From: a virus
Lineage: Duplodnaviria > Caudoviricetes
IMG/VR virus record: IMGVR_UViG_3300038954_000089
Span: 1-58,938 of that record
DNA: 58,938 bases
Direction: 5' to 3' (one strand)
Part shown: piece by piece, positions 26,854 to 35,040 of the stretch
Layout: each line of letters begins with the position of its first letter
Position numbering within the stretch: the first letter of the stretch is position 1
The notes under the pieces: model-generated
Databases searched by the model: none
What the model was told of the DNA's origin: nothing
The model's input: only the letters and a program-made list of their open reading frames with translations
Position numbers and translations under genes: made by a program

Positions 26854-27087
26854 ATGATCACGAAACTGCAATACCTCCGTGATGAGGCGATCAGCATGAT
26901 CGCCGACCTGGAGACAAAACTGCGCGGCATGTCTGAGAAGGATCTGGAGATAGTCACGGCCCGGCTGACGGATCTCCGGCTTGAACTGGAAGACCGAAAA
27001 CAGAATGCGCCGAAAGACGGCGGCGGTGGCAGGGTCTACAACGATCTGCTGGCGGAATACACCCTGCACGAAGATGGGGGGTGGTGA
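26854..27087 (+). CDS. Hypothetical protein
   Basis: SD AGGAGG. Confidence 0.65.
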   Translation: MITKLQYLRDEAISMIADLETKLRGMSEKDLEIVTARLTDLRLELEDRKQNAPKDGGGGRVYNDLLAEYTLHEDGGW

Positions 27088-27088
27088 A

Positions 27089-27436
27089 ATGGATTACAGG
27101 AAAGAAAAAGCCGAGAAACTTCGGCAACGTGCCGCAATGATCGCAGAGGCGGCCGGGGGGTTGGACGACTTCTCACAGTATGAGGCTGAGATGGCGGAAG
27201 CCGCAGGGCTCCGGGCTGAAGCAAATCGCCTCGATCCTCCGCCCCTAAAACAACTAAAAACTCCACAGATACAGCTTTGTGTCCTATGCAACAAAATCGC
27301 TGCCAACAAAGGATGGAAGGTCATCGAACGGCAAATGGCCCTCTGCCCAGATTGCGAGGATGCGACACCAGAGGATCTCAGGCTTACCGGCCGCCGGTTG
27401 TTCCACGCCGCCAAGGTTCTGGAGCGGCAGGCATGA
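27089..27436 (+). CDS. Zinc-finger-containing hypothetical protein
   Basis: CVLC...LCPDC. Confidence 0.6.
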   Translation: MDYRKEKAEKLRQRAAMIAEAAGGLDDFSQYEAEMAEAAGLRAEANRLDPPPLKQLKTPQIQLCVLCNKIAANKGWKVIERQMALCPDCEDATPEDLRLTGRRLFHAAKVLERQA

Positions 27437-27819
27437 GACTATGGCACTATAAGCTAATCCCCCACCTTGACCGTCAGCGCCTACTCGGCCAGCACCGAGA
27501 ATGCTGTGCCTTGAGGGGCCACGGGTGGGGGAAAAAACACGCGACGGTAGACTACGTTTTCGAGCACCACTATGCCATGCTGTTCAACTATCATTGCCTC
27601 ATAATGGCAGAAATGACGAGGCGAGGATATAGCGTCACAGACGATTGGTGGATTCCACCATATCGCGGCAAGAAGATAGGCCATGACCACTCACCTTTCA
27701 CCAAAATCCCGAACAATCAATGCATCTACCCGGATCATGACGAAAAGTATCTTAATGAATGCACTGAGAATTTGAGGGACAAGGGGGTGAACATCTGCCG
27801 AAAAACGATTGTCGGTTAA
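27433..27819 (+). CDS. Pyrimidine dimer DNA glycosylase/endonuclease V-like protein
   Basis: MRLWHYKLIPHLDRQRLLGQHRECCALRG.GWGKKHATVDYVF...EMTRRGY. Confidence 0.85.
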   Translation: MRLWHYKLIPHLDRQRLLGQHRECCALRGHGWGKKHATVDYVFEHHYAMLFNYHCLIMAEMTRRGYSVTDDWWIPPYRGKKIGHDHSPFTKIPNNQCIYPDHDEKYLNECTENLRDKGVNICRKTIVG

Positions 27820-27837
27820 CTGCTGGATAGGTGAATT

Positions 27838-28092
27838 GTGAATGTGAGTGAGTGTACCGGTTGTGGGCAATGCTGTTTGTCAGAGCAATGTGAGGCTTCA
27901 AAAATAGCCGTTGGATCGTCTGACAATATCTGCCCTTTTTTAAAACTATCATCACCTGGTTTTTATAGATGTCTCTTGGTTGAGCTTGAAGAATCGACAG
28001 ATTTAGACCCATTAATTAAAAATGCTTTAGCGATTGGTTTTGGATGCACAAATGATTTTAAGTCACCTAACCAGGGTAGTACAGCGGACTAA
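27838..28092 (+). CDS. CxxCxxCC (YkgJ-like) cysteine-cluster protein
   Basis: CTGCGQCC...CPFL...YRC. Confidence 0.7.
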   Translation: MNVSECTGCGQCCLSEQCEASKIAVGSSDNICPFLKLSSPGFYRCLLVELEESTDLDPLIKNALAIGFGCTNDFKSPNQGSTAD

Positions 28093-28116
28093 GGCCGCTC
28101 ACCTCAAACGTTATAG
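28065..28116 (+). other. attC-like recombination site (degenerate)
   Basis: ACCTAAC...AGCGG/CCGCT...GCTCACC TCAAAC GTTATAG. Confidence 0.55.
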
Positions 28117-28192
28117 AATAAAGATGTATGCCTAAACATCGACTAAGCGAAGAAGATTTTTATCCCACAACCATCTGCATTAGGAGAAAAAA

Positions 28193-28606
28193 ATGAAGGC
28201 ACTCTCGATACAACAACCGTGGGCGTGGGCAATCTTGCACGCGGGAAAGGATGTTGAAAACCGGACGTGGACACACAATTATCGTGGGCAAATTTTGGTT
28301 CATGCCGGCAAAAAGTTTGACAAAGCTGGATATGCTTGGCTGATCGATCAATCTCTTAGAAACGGCCCCATAAAGCTAACTATCGATGATATTCCAGCGA
28401 AAGAAGATTTTTATCGTGGCGGACTGGTCGGCCGTGTAGTAATCAAAAAAATGGTAAGGTCGATCGGATACTCTCCGTGGATGTTCGGTCCGTGGGGATG
28501 GGTCCTGGAGGACCCAGAGCCTATCGATTTTTTACCATACACGGGGCGCCTCGGATTGTTCGATGTCAATATAACCCGTCATACGAAAGGATGCGCCCGG
28601 CAATAG
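28193..28606 (+). CDS. ASCH domain protein
   Basis: MKALSIQQPWAWAILHAGKDVENRTW...YRGQILVHAG. Confidence 0.9.
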   Translation: MKALSIQQPWAWAILHAGKDVENRTWTHNYRGQILVHAGKKFDKAGYAWLIDQSLRNGPIKLTIDDIPAKEDFYRGGLVGRVVIKKMVRSIGYSPWMFGPWGWVLEDPEPIDFLPYTGRLGLFDVNITRHTKGCARQ

Positions 28607-28640
28607 GAGGCCGGCCGCACCGCTCAATTCTACGTTATAC
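28569..28640 (+). other. attC-like recombination site
   Basis: ATATAAC CCGTC...TGCG.CCGGC/GCCGG.CGCA...GCTCAAT TCTAC GTTATAC. Confidence 0.65.
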
Positions 28641-28663
28641 AGGGAAAGGGGAAATGGCAGAAT

Positions 28664-29140
28664 ATGCGTTCAATACCAAGAGACGAACAGCAAATAAAAA
28701 CGTGGGAGCGGCATAAAAAGGATATCAACTTGGCCGCAGCAGAGTTGAAGATGACACCTCAAAAGCTACGCTACCGGTTGATAGCGTGGGGAGAATACAA
28801 GCCTACAACAATACAGGCTTGTAGAAATTGCAACAGAGATTTCTACGCAAGACGAAATCATGTTCGATGTCCAGAATGCCGCCGTAAGGAGGCGACCAGA
28901 AAAAACTCAGTAAAAAGGCGGAGAAAGCTGGATGTTGAGAAGCCAGAAAAAGTACCGCCCCGATGGCATGATTGCCGATTTTACGAGCGGTGCCTCAACG
29001 AATCGGCACGAAAAAGTGCGGAAATGGATTGTAGGGACTGCAATTACTATTCCGAGATTTCACTCAAAGAACAGGTTGCCAAGTATTCCACATGCGTGGA
29101 AAGAAAAGTGCATGGATTCACACCTATGGAGACGTTTTAA
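28664..29140 (+). CDS. Zinc-finger/HTH hypothetical protein
   Basis: AAAELKMTPQKLRYRL; several CxxC pairs. Confidence 0.65.
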   Translation: MRSIPRDEQQIKTWERHKKDINLAAAELKMTPQKLRYRLIAWGEYKPTTIQACRNCNRDFYARRNHVRCPECRRKEATRKNSVKRRRKLDVEKPEKVPPRWHDCRFYERCLNESARKSAEMDCRDCNYYSEISLKEQVAKYSTCVERKVHGFTPMETF

Positions 29141-29365
29141 ATGCTTTATATCCCGAAGAAAATTCTTTCGAACTATCAGCTTACATATACGGACAAAGTG
29201 TTGTGGGCGATCTTTTCAGACAACCCCACAATTACCAACAGGGAAATTGGAAGTAAGGCAGGAATAGGCCCGAATGCGATTACGAGAAGCCTAAAAAGGC
29301 TGGAGCATTTTGGGTTTGTTGCAATCGACCCGAGTAGGCGCAATGGAGATTATCTAGGAAAGTAA
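29141..29365 (+). CDS. Winged-helix DNA-binding protein
   Basis: ITNREIGSKAGIGPNAITRSLKRLEHFGFV. Confidence 0.75.
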   Translation: MLYIPKKILSNYQLTYTDKVLWAIFSDNPTITNREIGSKAGIGPNAITRSLKRLEHFGFVAIDPSRRNGDYLGK

Positions 29366-29392
29366 AGGTAACCAAGTAGGATCGTTTTCTTC

Positions 29393-29421
29393 TTGACATC
29401 ACTAAACAAATATTATAATAT
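29393..29421 (+). promoter_or_regulatory. Sigma70-type promoter
   Basis: TTGACA followed by AT-rich TATTATAATAT. Confidence 0.7.
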
Positions 29422-29452
29422 TACAGGCAAAGAAAGGGGGTGGTAAGGGGTG

Positions 29453-29602
29453 GTGACAATCATATCAATAAGCGCAGACAAGGAGGTGATCGACAAGTTT
29501 CGTGATCTGGCGCACAAGACGCGCCGGACGCAGAAAGATTTGTTCGCGGAAGCTGTTGGGTTGTTGGAGGAGAAGATAAAGGAGGAGGAGAAGAATGGCT
29601 AA
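29453..29602 (+). CDS. Ribbon-helix-helix protein (not in ORF track)
   Basis: MTIISISADKEVIDKFRDLAHKTRRTQKDLFAEAVGLL; paralog of 41463. Confidence 0.7.
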   Translation: MTIISISADKEVIDKFRDLAHKTRRTQKDLFAEAVGLLEEKIKEEEKNG

Positions 29603-30629
29603 AAAGGATGATAAATCAGGTCTGGATCTTCTGCGGGAACCGTTTCCAGCCAATCTTGTCTCTAAGTTGCCAAAACCGACCAAGCAGCAAACGGAAGCCG
29701 TTAAAAAGGATTTTAAGGCAGGCATTAGGTGCAAAGTGTGCGGGGCGTGGCACCATCCTAAAGTTGTCCATTTGGATTATGTAGGCCACGCAGCCTTAAC
29801 CGACCGACTTCTTGATTGTGATCCTGAATGGAATTGGGAGCCAATGTCAACAGACAGTAACGGCGCCCCAATGATCGACGACAATGGCGGCATTTGGATT
29901 AAATTAACGGTTTGCGGAGTTACCAGAATAGGATATGGGCACCCAGACGGAAAAACTGGAGGCAACGCGATCAAGGAAACAATCGGAGATGCACTGAGAA
30001 ATGCAGCCATGCGCTTTGGTGCAGCCCTTGATTTGTGGCACAAGGGCGATTTGCACCCTGATGAGGGGGACGACACTGGAGGTAACGGCACAGGGGCGCG
30101 AGAGGCTGATCCGCAGGATGCGACAGGCACACAAAAAGACGATACCGATGTCAGGATTAAAATGATTCGGAAAGAGATCACTGGGTATCTCAACTCCGAA
30201 TGGCTGGCATTCGACAAGAAGTCCGCGGGCGAAAAGTTCATGGAAGAAAACCCTTCTTTGGCCAGGCTGGAAAAATTTCGAGACAGCCTGTTGAAGCTAT
30301 ACGGCGAATGGCAGGAGGCGGAACGTCAGAAAAAAGAGGAGGATGACAAAAAACCTGAAAACCCGGTCGAAAAACCGTCAGAAAAAATGTGGCGGTGTAT
30401 CGTTTGCAATTCACAGTCAAAGGGCGGCAGCGACGATGCTACCAAAGACTGGAAACTGATATCAACCCAACAGACCGGGCCGCACATGGGCCTATGCCCA
30501 AAGCACGCCGGAGAAACAGCCGACAGCCTCCGCGATCAGGCCGAAGCCGCGAAAGAGAAAGGCAAAACGGCCGACGTGACGCGGTATGAAAAGGCTGCTG
30601 GCATTCTGGCAGACATGAAGGGCCAATGA
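29595..30629 (+). CDS. Rad52/Sak-like single-strand annealing protein
   Basis: LDYVGHAALTDRLLDCDPEWNW...KETIGDALRNAAMRFG. Confidence 0.8.
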   Translation: MAKKDDKSGLDLLREPFPANLVSKLPKPTKQQTEAVKKDFKAGIRCKVCGAWHHPKVVHLDYVGHAALTDRLLDCDPEWNWEPMSTDSNGAPMIDDNGGIWIKLTVCGVTRIGYGHPDGKTGGNAIKETIGDALRNAAMRFGAALDLWHKGDLHPDEGDDTGGNGTGAREADPQDATGTQKDDTDVRIKMIRKEITGYLNSEWLAFDKKSAGEKFMEENPSLARLEKFRDSLLKLYGEWQEAERQKKEEDDKKPENPVEKPSEKMWRCIVCNSQSKGGSDDATKDWKLISTQQTGPHMGLCPKHAGETADSLRDQAEAAKEKGKTADVTRYEKAAGILADMKGQ

Positions 30630-30667
30630 AGGGCCAGAACCACCTCACATGAAACAACAATATAACC

Positions 30668-30700
30668 GCCCTGGCTCATGACCAGCCGGGGCAGAAAGGA
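30668..30700. repeat. Hairpin direct repeat, copy 1
   Basis: GCCCTGGCTCATGACCAGCCGGGGCAGAAAGG, similar to 31392-31423. Confidence 0.8.
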
Positions 30701-30709
30701 ACCACAAAC

Positions 30710-31384
30710 ATGCATTTTCATTGTGAGCTAATTATGCCAAAGTCAAGAAACATAGAGGAAGATGTCGAACAAATCATGGGAGACTTTTACGAAGGAAAGG
30801 ACGATGAAGAAATACATGGCGGAGAGTTTCATGATTTTTATGTCATAGGGGGGCGGTTCGCTGGAGCAAAGGAGTTGTGCAGGTACAGTGAAGACAAGCT
30901 GTCAGAGTTCTACAAGTTTTTACGGGAAAAAAAGGTGACCGTTTCCGGTCTCCAATTTGGCAAACAAGAAATTTATCCATCGTCACAGATCCCGATGGTG
31001 GATGAAGCATGGAACCGCTTTTTCCCGACTGAAAACGGAGAAACCACCCCTTGTCCGCTTTTTGCACACTCCAACGACCAGCGCGAAAATCTCGATATCA
31101 TTTCTTGCGACATCTGTAACGTGGATGAAATTCCAACAAATCTCGAATGTGAAAGGGTTATAATAGCAGGCCCTTCTATAAGAGAGGACAAATTAGAAGC
31201 AAAATATATGATTTGCAAGGATGTATGGAATGGCGTAAACCATATGCCGATAGCATGGGATTTACGCGTTTTATCCGCCATTGAGATGTTTGAGGAAAAA
31301 GGCGAGAGGTATCGGAATATTTATTGGGAGAAAATCAGGCCACGGCCAGACCATATATGTATAACAATTGACTATCACTTATAA
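30710..31384 (+). CDS. Hypothetical protein flanked by hairpin repeats
   Basis: MHFHCELIMP...DFYVIGGRFAG...TIDYH. Confidence 0.75.
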   Translation: MHFHCELIMPKSRNIEEDVEQIMGDFYEGKDDEEIHGGEFHDFYVIGGRFAGAKELCRYSEDKLSEFYKFLREKKVTVSGLQFGKQEIYPSSQIPMVDEAWNRFFPTENGETTPCPLFAHSNDQRENLDIISCDICNVDEIPTNLECERVIIAGPSIREDKLEAKYMICKDVWNGVNHMPIAWDLRVLSAIEMFEEKGERYRNIYWEKIRPRPDHICITIDYHL

Positions 31385-31391
31385 AGTACGA

Positions 31392-31423
31392 GCCCCGGCT
31401 CACGACCGGCCGGGGCAGGAAGG
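31392..31423. repeat. Hairpin direct repeat, copy 2
   Basis: GCCCCGGCTCACGACCGGCCGGGGCAGGAAGG. Confidence 0.8.
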
Positions 31424-31428
31424 CTACG

Positions 31429-31893
31429 ATGACTAACCTTGTCGCGATAGATCCAGGCCCGGAGAAAAGCGCGTGGGTGTTATTTGATGAAGCACCGGTT
31501 ATGGCCGGGATCGATGACAACGAAAAACTCGTCAGAGAGATAGAGTTTTTAGATACGACACACCTGGCCGTCGAAATGGTCGCTTCATACGGGATGCCTG
31601 TTGGTCGAGAGGTTTTTGAAACTGCATTTTGGGCCGGACGTTTCGTAGAGGCATGGTTCGGAACATGGGAAAAAGTCTACAGGTCGGACGTAAAAATGTT
31701 TCTGTGCGGCAACATGAGGGCAAAAGATAGCCATATTCGGCAGGCACTGATAGACCTGTATCCTCGGACCGGAGGCGGTAAATGCCCTCAGATAGGGACC
31801 AAGGCGAAGCCGGGGCCGCTCTATGGATTCAAAAAGGACATGTGGGCCGCATTGGCGGTTGCCCATACCGTGGCTGGTAGACACGTTCCATGA
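31429..31893 (+). CDS. RuvC-like Holliday junction resolvase
   Basis: LVAIDPGPEKSAW...LAVEMVASYGM...DMWAALAVA. Confidence 0.8.
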   Translation: MTNLVAIDPGPEKSAWVLFDEAPVMAGIDDNEKLVREIEFLDTTHLAVEMVASYGMPVGREVFETAFWAGRFVEAWFGTWEKVYRSDVKMFLCGNMRAKDSHIRQALIDLYPRTGGGKCPQIGTKAKPGPLYGFKKDMWAALAVAHTVAGRHVP

Positions 31894-32237
31894 AATGCCC
31901 ATGCTGCGGCACGCCGTTGGTTATAGACGAATGGGGCGGCTGGATATGGACCTGCTTCCATTGCGATTACACGGCCAGGCCAGCAACGGATGAAGAGATT
32001 GAGGCACAGGAGAGGGTCGTTCAATTACCGTTTGAGGAAATTGGGGAAAAATGGATGCCTGACATAAGGGGACAGCTAAAAATAAAAAGTGTTAGGTTAA
32101 GGCAAACTGGCGATGTAGCCATATACCTTGATGTCTACCTTGAAGACGAGGACCAAAGGGTTTTCAAGGCTCAAACATCCAGTTTTTTGTTTGACCTTGA
32201 ATGCGTTGTTACGGCTGGTGATAAGTCCACACCGTAG
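31890..32237 (+). CDS. Zinc-ribbon hypothetical protein
   Basis: CPCC...CFHC. Confidence 0.6.
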   Translation: MKCPCCGTPLVIDEWGGWIWTCFHCDYTARPATDEEIEAQERVVQLPFEEIGEKWMPDIRGQLKIKSVRLRQTGDVAIYLDVYLEDEDQRVFKAQTSSFLFDLECVVTAGDKSTP

Positions 32238-32312
32238 TCATCACTTTTAGCCCAAAAATGATAAACAAAAGAATTTTACGTTTAATTTTTCAAGACAAGG
32301 AAGGATTGATTT

Positions 32313-32717
32313 ATGGCGGGTTTAAACAAAATGTCAATTATCGGCTTTTGCGGTCGGGACAGTGAGGTTCGCTATTCTGCACAAGGGATGGCAATTACAA
32401 ATTTCTCCGTCGCGGTCTCTGAGAAAATCAAGGGCGAGGACAAAACGTTATGGTTCAAAATTGTGTGTTTCGGTAAGCTCGGAGAATTGATGGGCGAGAT
32501 GATCCGACGGGGACAACAGGTTTACATAGAGGGCCGCCTCCAGACAAGCGAATGGGAAGACAGGGACGGTAATAGGCGATTCAACCTCGAAATTGTGGCG
32601 AATCAGGTCATTCTGCTCGGCAGCAAATCCGACAACAACCAATCCCGCCAGCGTCACGACGAACAAAAGCGGAATGGGTATCAACCGGAAGCGGATGATG
32701 ACTCAATTCCGTTTTAG
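32313..32717 (+). CDS. ssb: Single-stranded DNA-binding protein
   Basis: LNKMSIIG...VYIEGRLQTSEWEDRDG...acidic DDDSIPF tail. Confidence 0.95.
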   Translation: MAGLNKMSIIGFCGRDSEVRYSAQGMAITNFSVAVSEKIKGEDKTLWFKIVCFGKLGELMGEMIRRGQQVYIEGRLQTSEWEDRDGNRRFNLEIVANQVILLGSKSDNNQSRQRHDEQKRNGYQPEADDDSIPF

Positions 32718-32760
32718 CGTTGGAGTTTCTGTATGTTAACCTGTTATAATGCGAGGTAAA

Positions 32761-33123
32761 ATGAACTGTGACAAATGCGGGAGGTTTCACGATCATGGAC
32801 CTGGGAGTGCCTGGAAAGTGGTTTATTCAGGCGGACCTATTCCCATGCCCGATCGAGAGATTACGAGATGCCGGGCGTGCGTAGAAAAGCATGGCCCATT
32901 TTTACCGCAATACGGAATTAAGTCAGGCCATAGCTGTGGGCTCGTATCATCAGGGGAACAAACGTCAATACCTAATAATGCTGCGGTATCTTGCATAAAT
33001 GTGAATTGCGGGTGGGAAGGGGAACTCAAGGATTGCCCTGTTGAATGGGCCATAGAAACCTATGAAACTGGTCTATATCAAGTAGCTTTATGCCCTAAAT
33101 GTGGTGAAGAGTTTGATATTTGA
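32761..33123 (+). CDS. Zinc-finger hypothetical protein
   Basis: Several CxxC pairs; SD GAGG before ATG 32761. Confidence 0.6.
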   Translation: MNCDKCGRFHDHGPGSAWKVVYSGGPIPMPDREITRCRACVEKHGPFLPQYGIKSGHSCGLVSSGEQTSIPNNAAVSCINVNCGWEGELKDCPVEWAIETYETGLYQVALCPKCGEEFDI

Positions 33124-33170
33124 TCAAATATGGACATGCGCGGGGTGGTCGTTAATTAAGGAAAATCACC

Positions 33171-33341
33171 ATGAAACGAAAAGACGTTTTAAGGTTGGCC
33201 GATTCACAGGACACAATTATGCGTGTATTGGCCAGGTCGTGGCTGGATGCGGATACAGGTGATTGGCCCCGCCAAAATGCGGGACAATGGAAGAGCCTGG
33301 TCGAGAAGGCCATTTCGCAACGGATCGAGGAGGGGGGATAG
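33171..33341 (+). CDS. Small hypothetical protein (56 aa)
   Basis: Manual ORF MKRKDVLRLADSQDTIMRVLARSWLDAD... Confidence 0.5.
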   Translation: MKRKDVLRLADSQDTIMRVLARSWLDADTGDWPRQNAGQWKSLVEKAISQRIEEGG

Positions 33342-33393
33342 CTGAATGGACCACCGCCGCGAAACCCGTCGCGTGATATACGCAGGGACACTA

Positions 33394-33457
33394 ATATAAC
33401 CCGTCAGTTGAGGCGGACGCGGAAAAAGCCCCGCGCCGCTCACTTTAAGAGTTATGC
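33394..33457 (+). other. attC-like recombination site (best conserved)
   Basis: R'' ATATAAC, 5 nt, L'' AGTTGAGG, GC stem, L' GCTCACT, 6 nt, R' GTTATGC; 64 bp. Confidence 0.75.
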
Positions 33458-33477
33458 AACACAAAAAAGGAGCCGAC

Positions 33478-33681
33478 ATGATTATTGAAATATATACACC
33501 GATGAACACGAAGCATGTGGTGGAAGCGGACAAGGAAGATAAACACCGTATCCTTGATTTGATTTTCTCAGCCGAATACGGCGACATAGATATCAAAACC
33601 CCTTCCGGCAGGCTTATTATTCCTCATGAGGTAAAACGACGATGCATTTTTATGGTCAAAGATCAGCATTCAACGGCATAA
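33478..33681 (+). CDS. Hypothetical protein inside an attC-bounded cassette
   Basis: SD AGGAG; stop TAA lies within GCATAAC. Confidence 0.7.
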   Translation: MIIEIYTPMNTKHVVEADKEDKHRILDLIFSAEYGDIDIKTPSGRLIIPHEVKRRCIFMVKDQHSTA

Positions 33682-33740
33682 CCCAATACCGAACCGGACC
33701 GGCGAAACAGCCAGCCGGCCGGTTACATTAGTCGTTAATC
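33676..33740 (+). other. attC-like recombination site
   Basis: GCATAAC...AACCGGACCGGC/GCCGGCCGGTT...GTTAATC; 65 bp. Confidence 0.65.
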
Positions 33741-33744
33741 ATAA

Positions 33745-33901
33745 TGTGCGGGGCCGAATATGGCGGCTCGGTTGCGGGGAATTGTATCCTTTATGGCGTT
33801 TTTCCGGCGGACCAACTGGTCTGATGGGTACGCACCATAGGCGGCCCGGTGCGGCGATGTTGTAGCCGGAAGAGGAGTCGGGTGGGGAATCCGACCGCAT
33901 A
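33745..33901 (+). ncRNA. Candidate tRNA-like structured RNA with large internal domain
   Basis: 7 bp TGTGCGG/CCGCATA, D-like CCGA/TCGG, T-like TCGGG-7nt-TCCGA. Confidence 0.45.
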
Positions 33902-33936
33902 TTTTTCTCGACACACTTTTTTGGGAGAGCGTAGAA

Positions 33937-34143
33937 ATGGGATGCGATTTGTGCGGAGATGATACCGAAACAATTCACCTTCCTTTGTATGTTTTCGGTT
34001 CTGAAGGAATCGAAACGTGCCTACAATGTAGGCTTGTATTAACTGAAGTCGCGAGTGGTATCCGATCTGCTTCATACAAGGCGAGGAAACAGGGTTATCT
34101 TTCCGGGAAAATGATTCGTGGCGTATCAGGCAATGAGGATTGA
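33937..34143 (+). CDS. Zinc-finger hypothetical protein
   Basis: CDLC...LYVFGSEGIETCLQCR. Confidence 0.65.
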   Translation: MGCDLCGDDTETIHLPLYVFGSEGIETCLQCRLVLTEVASGIRSASYKARKQGYLSGKMIRGVSGNED

Positions 34144-34205
34144 CAATCCTATGAATTTATCGAGGCCTTTATCGACGTTTCCGCTTGACATATGGGAGTT
34201 ATAAT

Positions 34206-34478
34206 ATGGGAATTCACATTTTTTTATTAAAAGAAAGTAGCGCCGATCATCCTGATTGGGATTCGCTGAGACAAATCAACGACAGGAATTTTGCTGGATT
34301 AATTGATTATGAGCAAGTCGATATAAATCCAGATGATGAAGAAGAGTTTAGACCAGGAGATTTGGATAAATTAGTGGATAGAGTCAACAGAACGGATTGG
34401 TGCAATAAAGAAAGGTATTTGCATTTGATCGATTTATTAGAAAAAAACGATGAATACTGGCTTTATTTTTCAAGGTAA
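34206..34478 (+). CDS. Hypothetical protein
   Basis: SD GGAG then ATG 34206. Confidence 0.65.
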   Translation: MGIHIFLLKESSADHPDWDSLRQINDRNFAGLIDYEQVDINPDDEEEFRPGDLDKLVDRVNRTDWCNKERYLHLIDLLEKNDEYWLYFSR

Positions 34479-34491
34479 ATATAGGTGTATT

Positions 34492-34668
34492 ATGAAATGG
34501 AAAACATATTGGTGGGGGTGCAAGTTTTTAGCCGAAAATGATGATGAAGAAGAGTTTTTGAAAAAATTCAAACATATTTTGGGTGAAAAAACGTCAGATT
34601 GTTATGAGGAAGGAACCGCTGAGTTGATAGAATCAGATACTGAAATAATGCTTGAAATCAACAGGTGA
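34492..34668 (+). CDS. Hypothetical acidic protein
   Basis: ATG 34492 after AGGTG. Confidence 0.55.
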   Translation: MKWKTYWWGCKFLAENDDEEEFLKKFKHILGEKTSDCYEEGTAELIESDTEIMLEINR

Positions 34669-34771
34669 TTTATGCGCGGGGTGGGCGTTAATTGTCGCGG
34701 CGTTTATCGACGTTTCCCCTTGACACGGGGGCGGGGTCAGCGGATCAAGAGATTGAGGCACAGGAGATGAT

Positions 34772-34960
34772 ATGGGATTTATTGAGGAAATAGGCGATTT
34801 TTCGGAGTTCGGAGACTATTATGACCATCACATGATGCGATGGTACGCAATTCAGACATACGATGTTTGGTTTGGGGCCAACTCATCGATTCTAAGGCTG
34901 TTCCTTTTCGCCTGGGCATGCGGGTACACCGTTGAGATTGACCTGGTGCATAAAAATTGA
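34772..34960 (+). CDS. Hypothetical protein
   Basis: SD AGGAG; flanked by duplicated CCCTTGACACrGGGGCGGGGT. Confidence 0.55.
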   Translation: MGFIEEIGDFSEFGDYYDHHMMRWYAIQTYDVWFGANSSILRLFLFAWACGYTVEIDLVHKN

Positions 34961-35040
34961 GTTTATCCCCTTGACACAGGGGCGGGGTTGGGGTAGGGTA
35001 TACTTGTGATGAAAACATATACTATAGCATTGGGGGCGAC

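Noticed and set aside
34185-34205. Promoter TTGACA...TATAAT
   Set aside because: Spacer is only 9 nt; probably a rearranged promoter remnant
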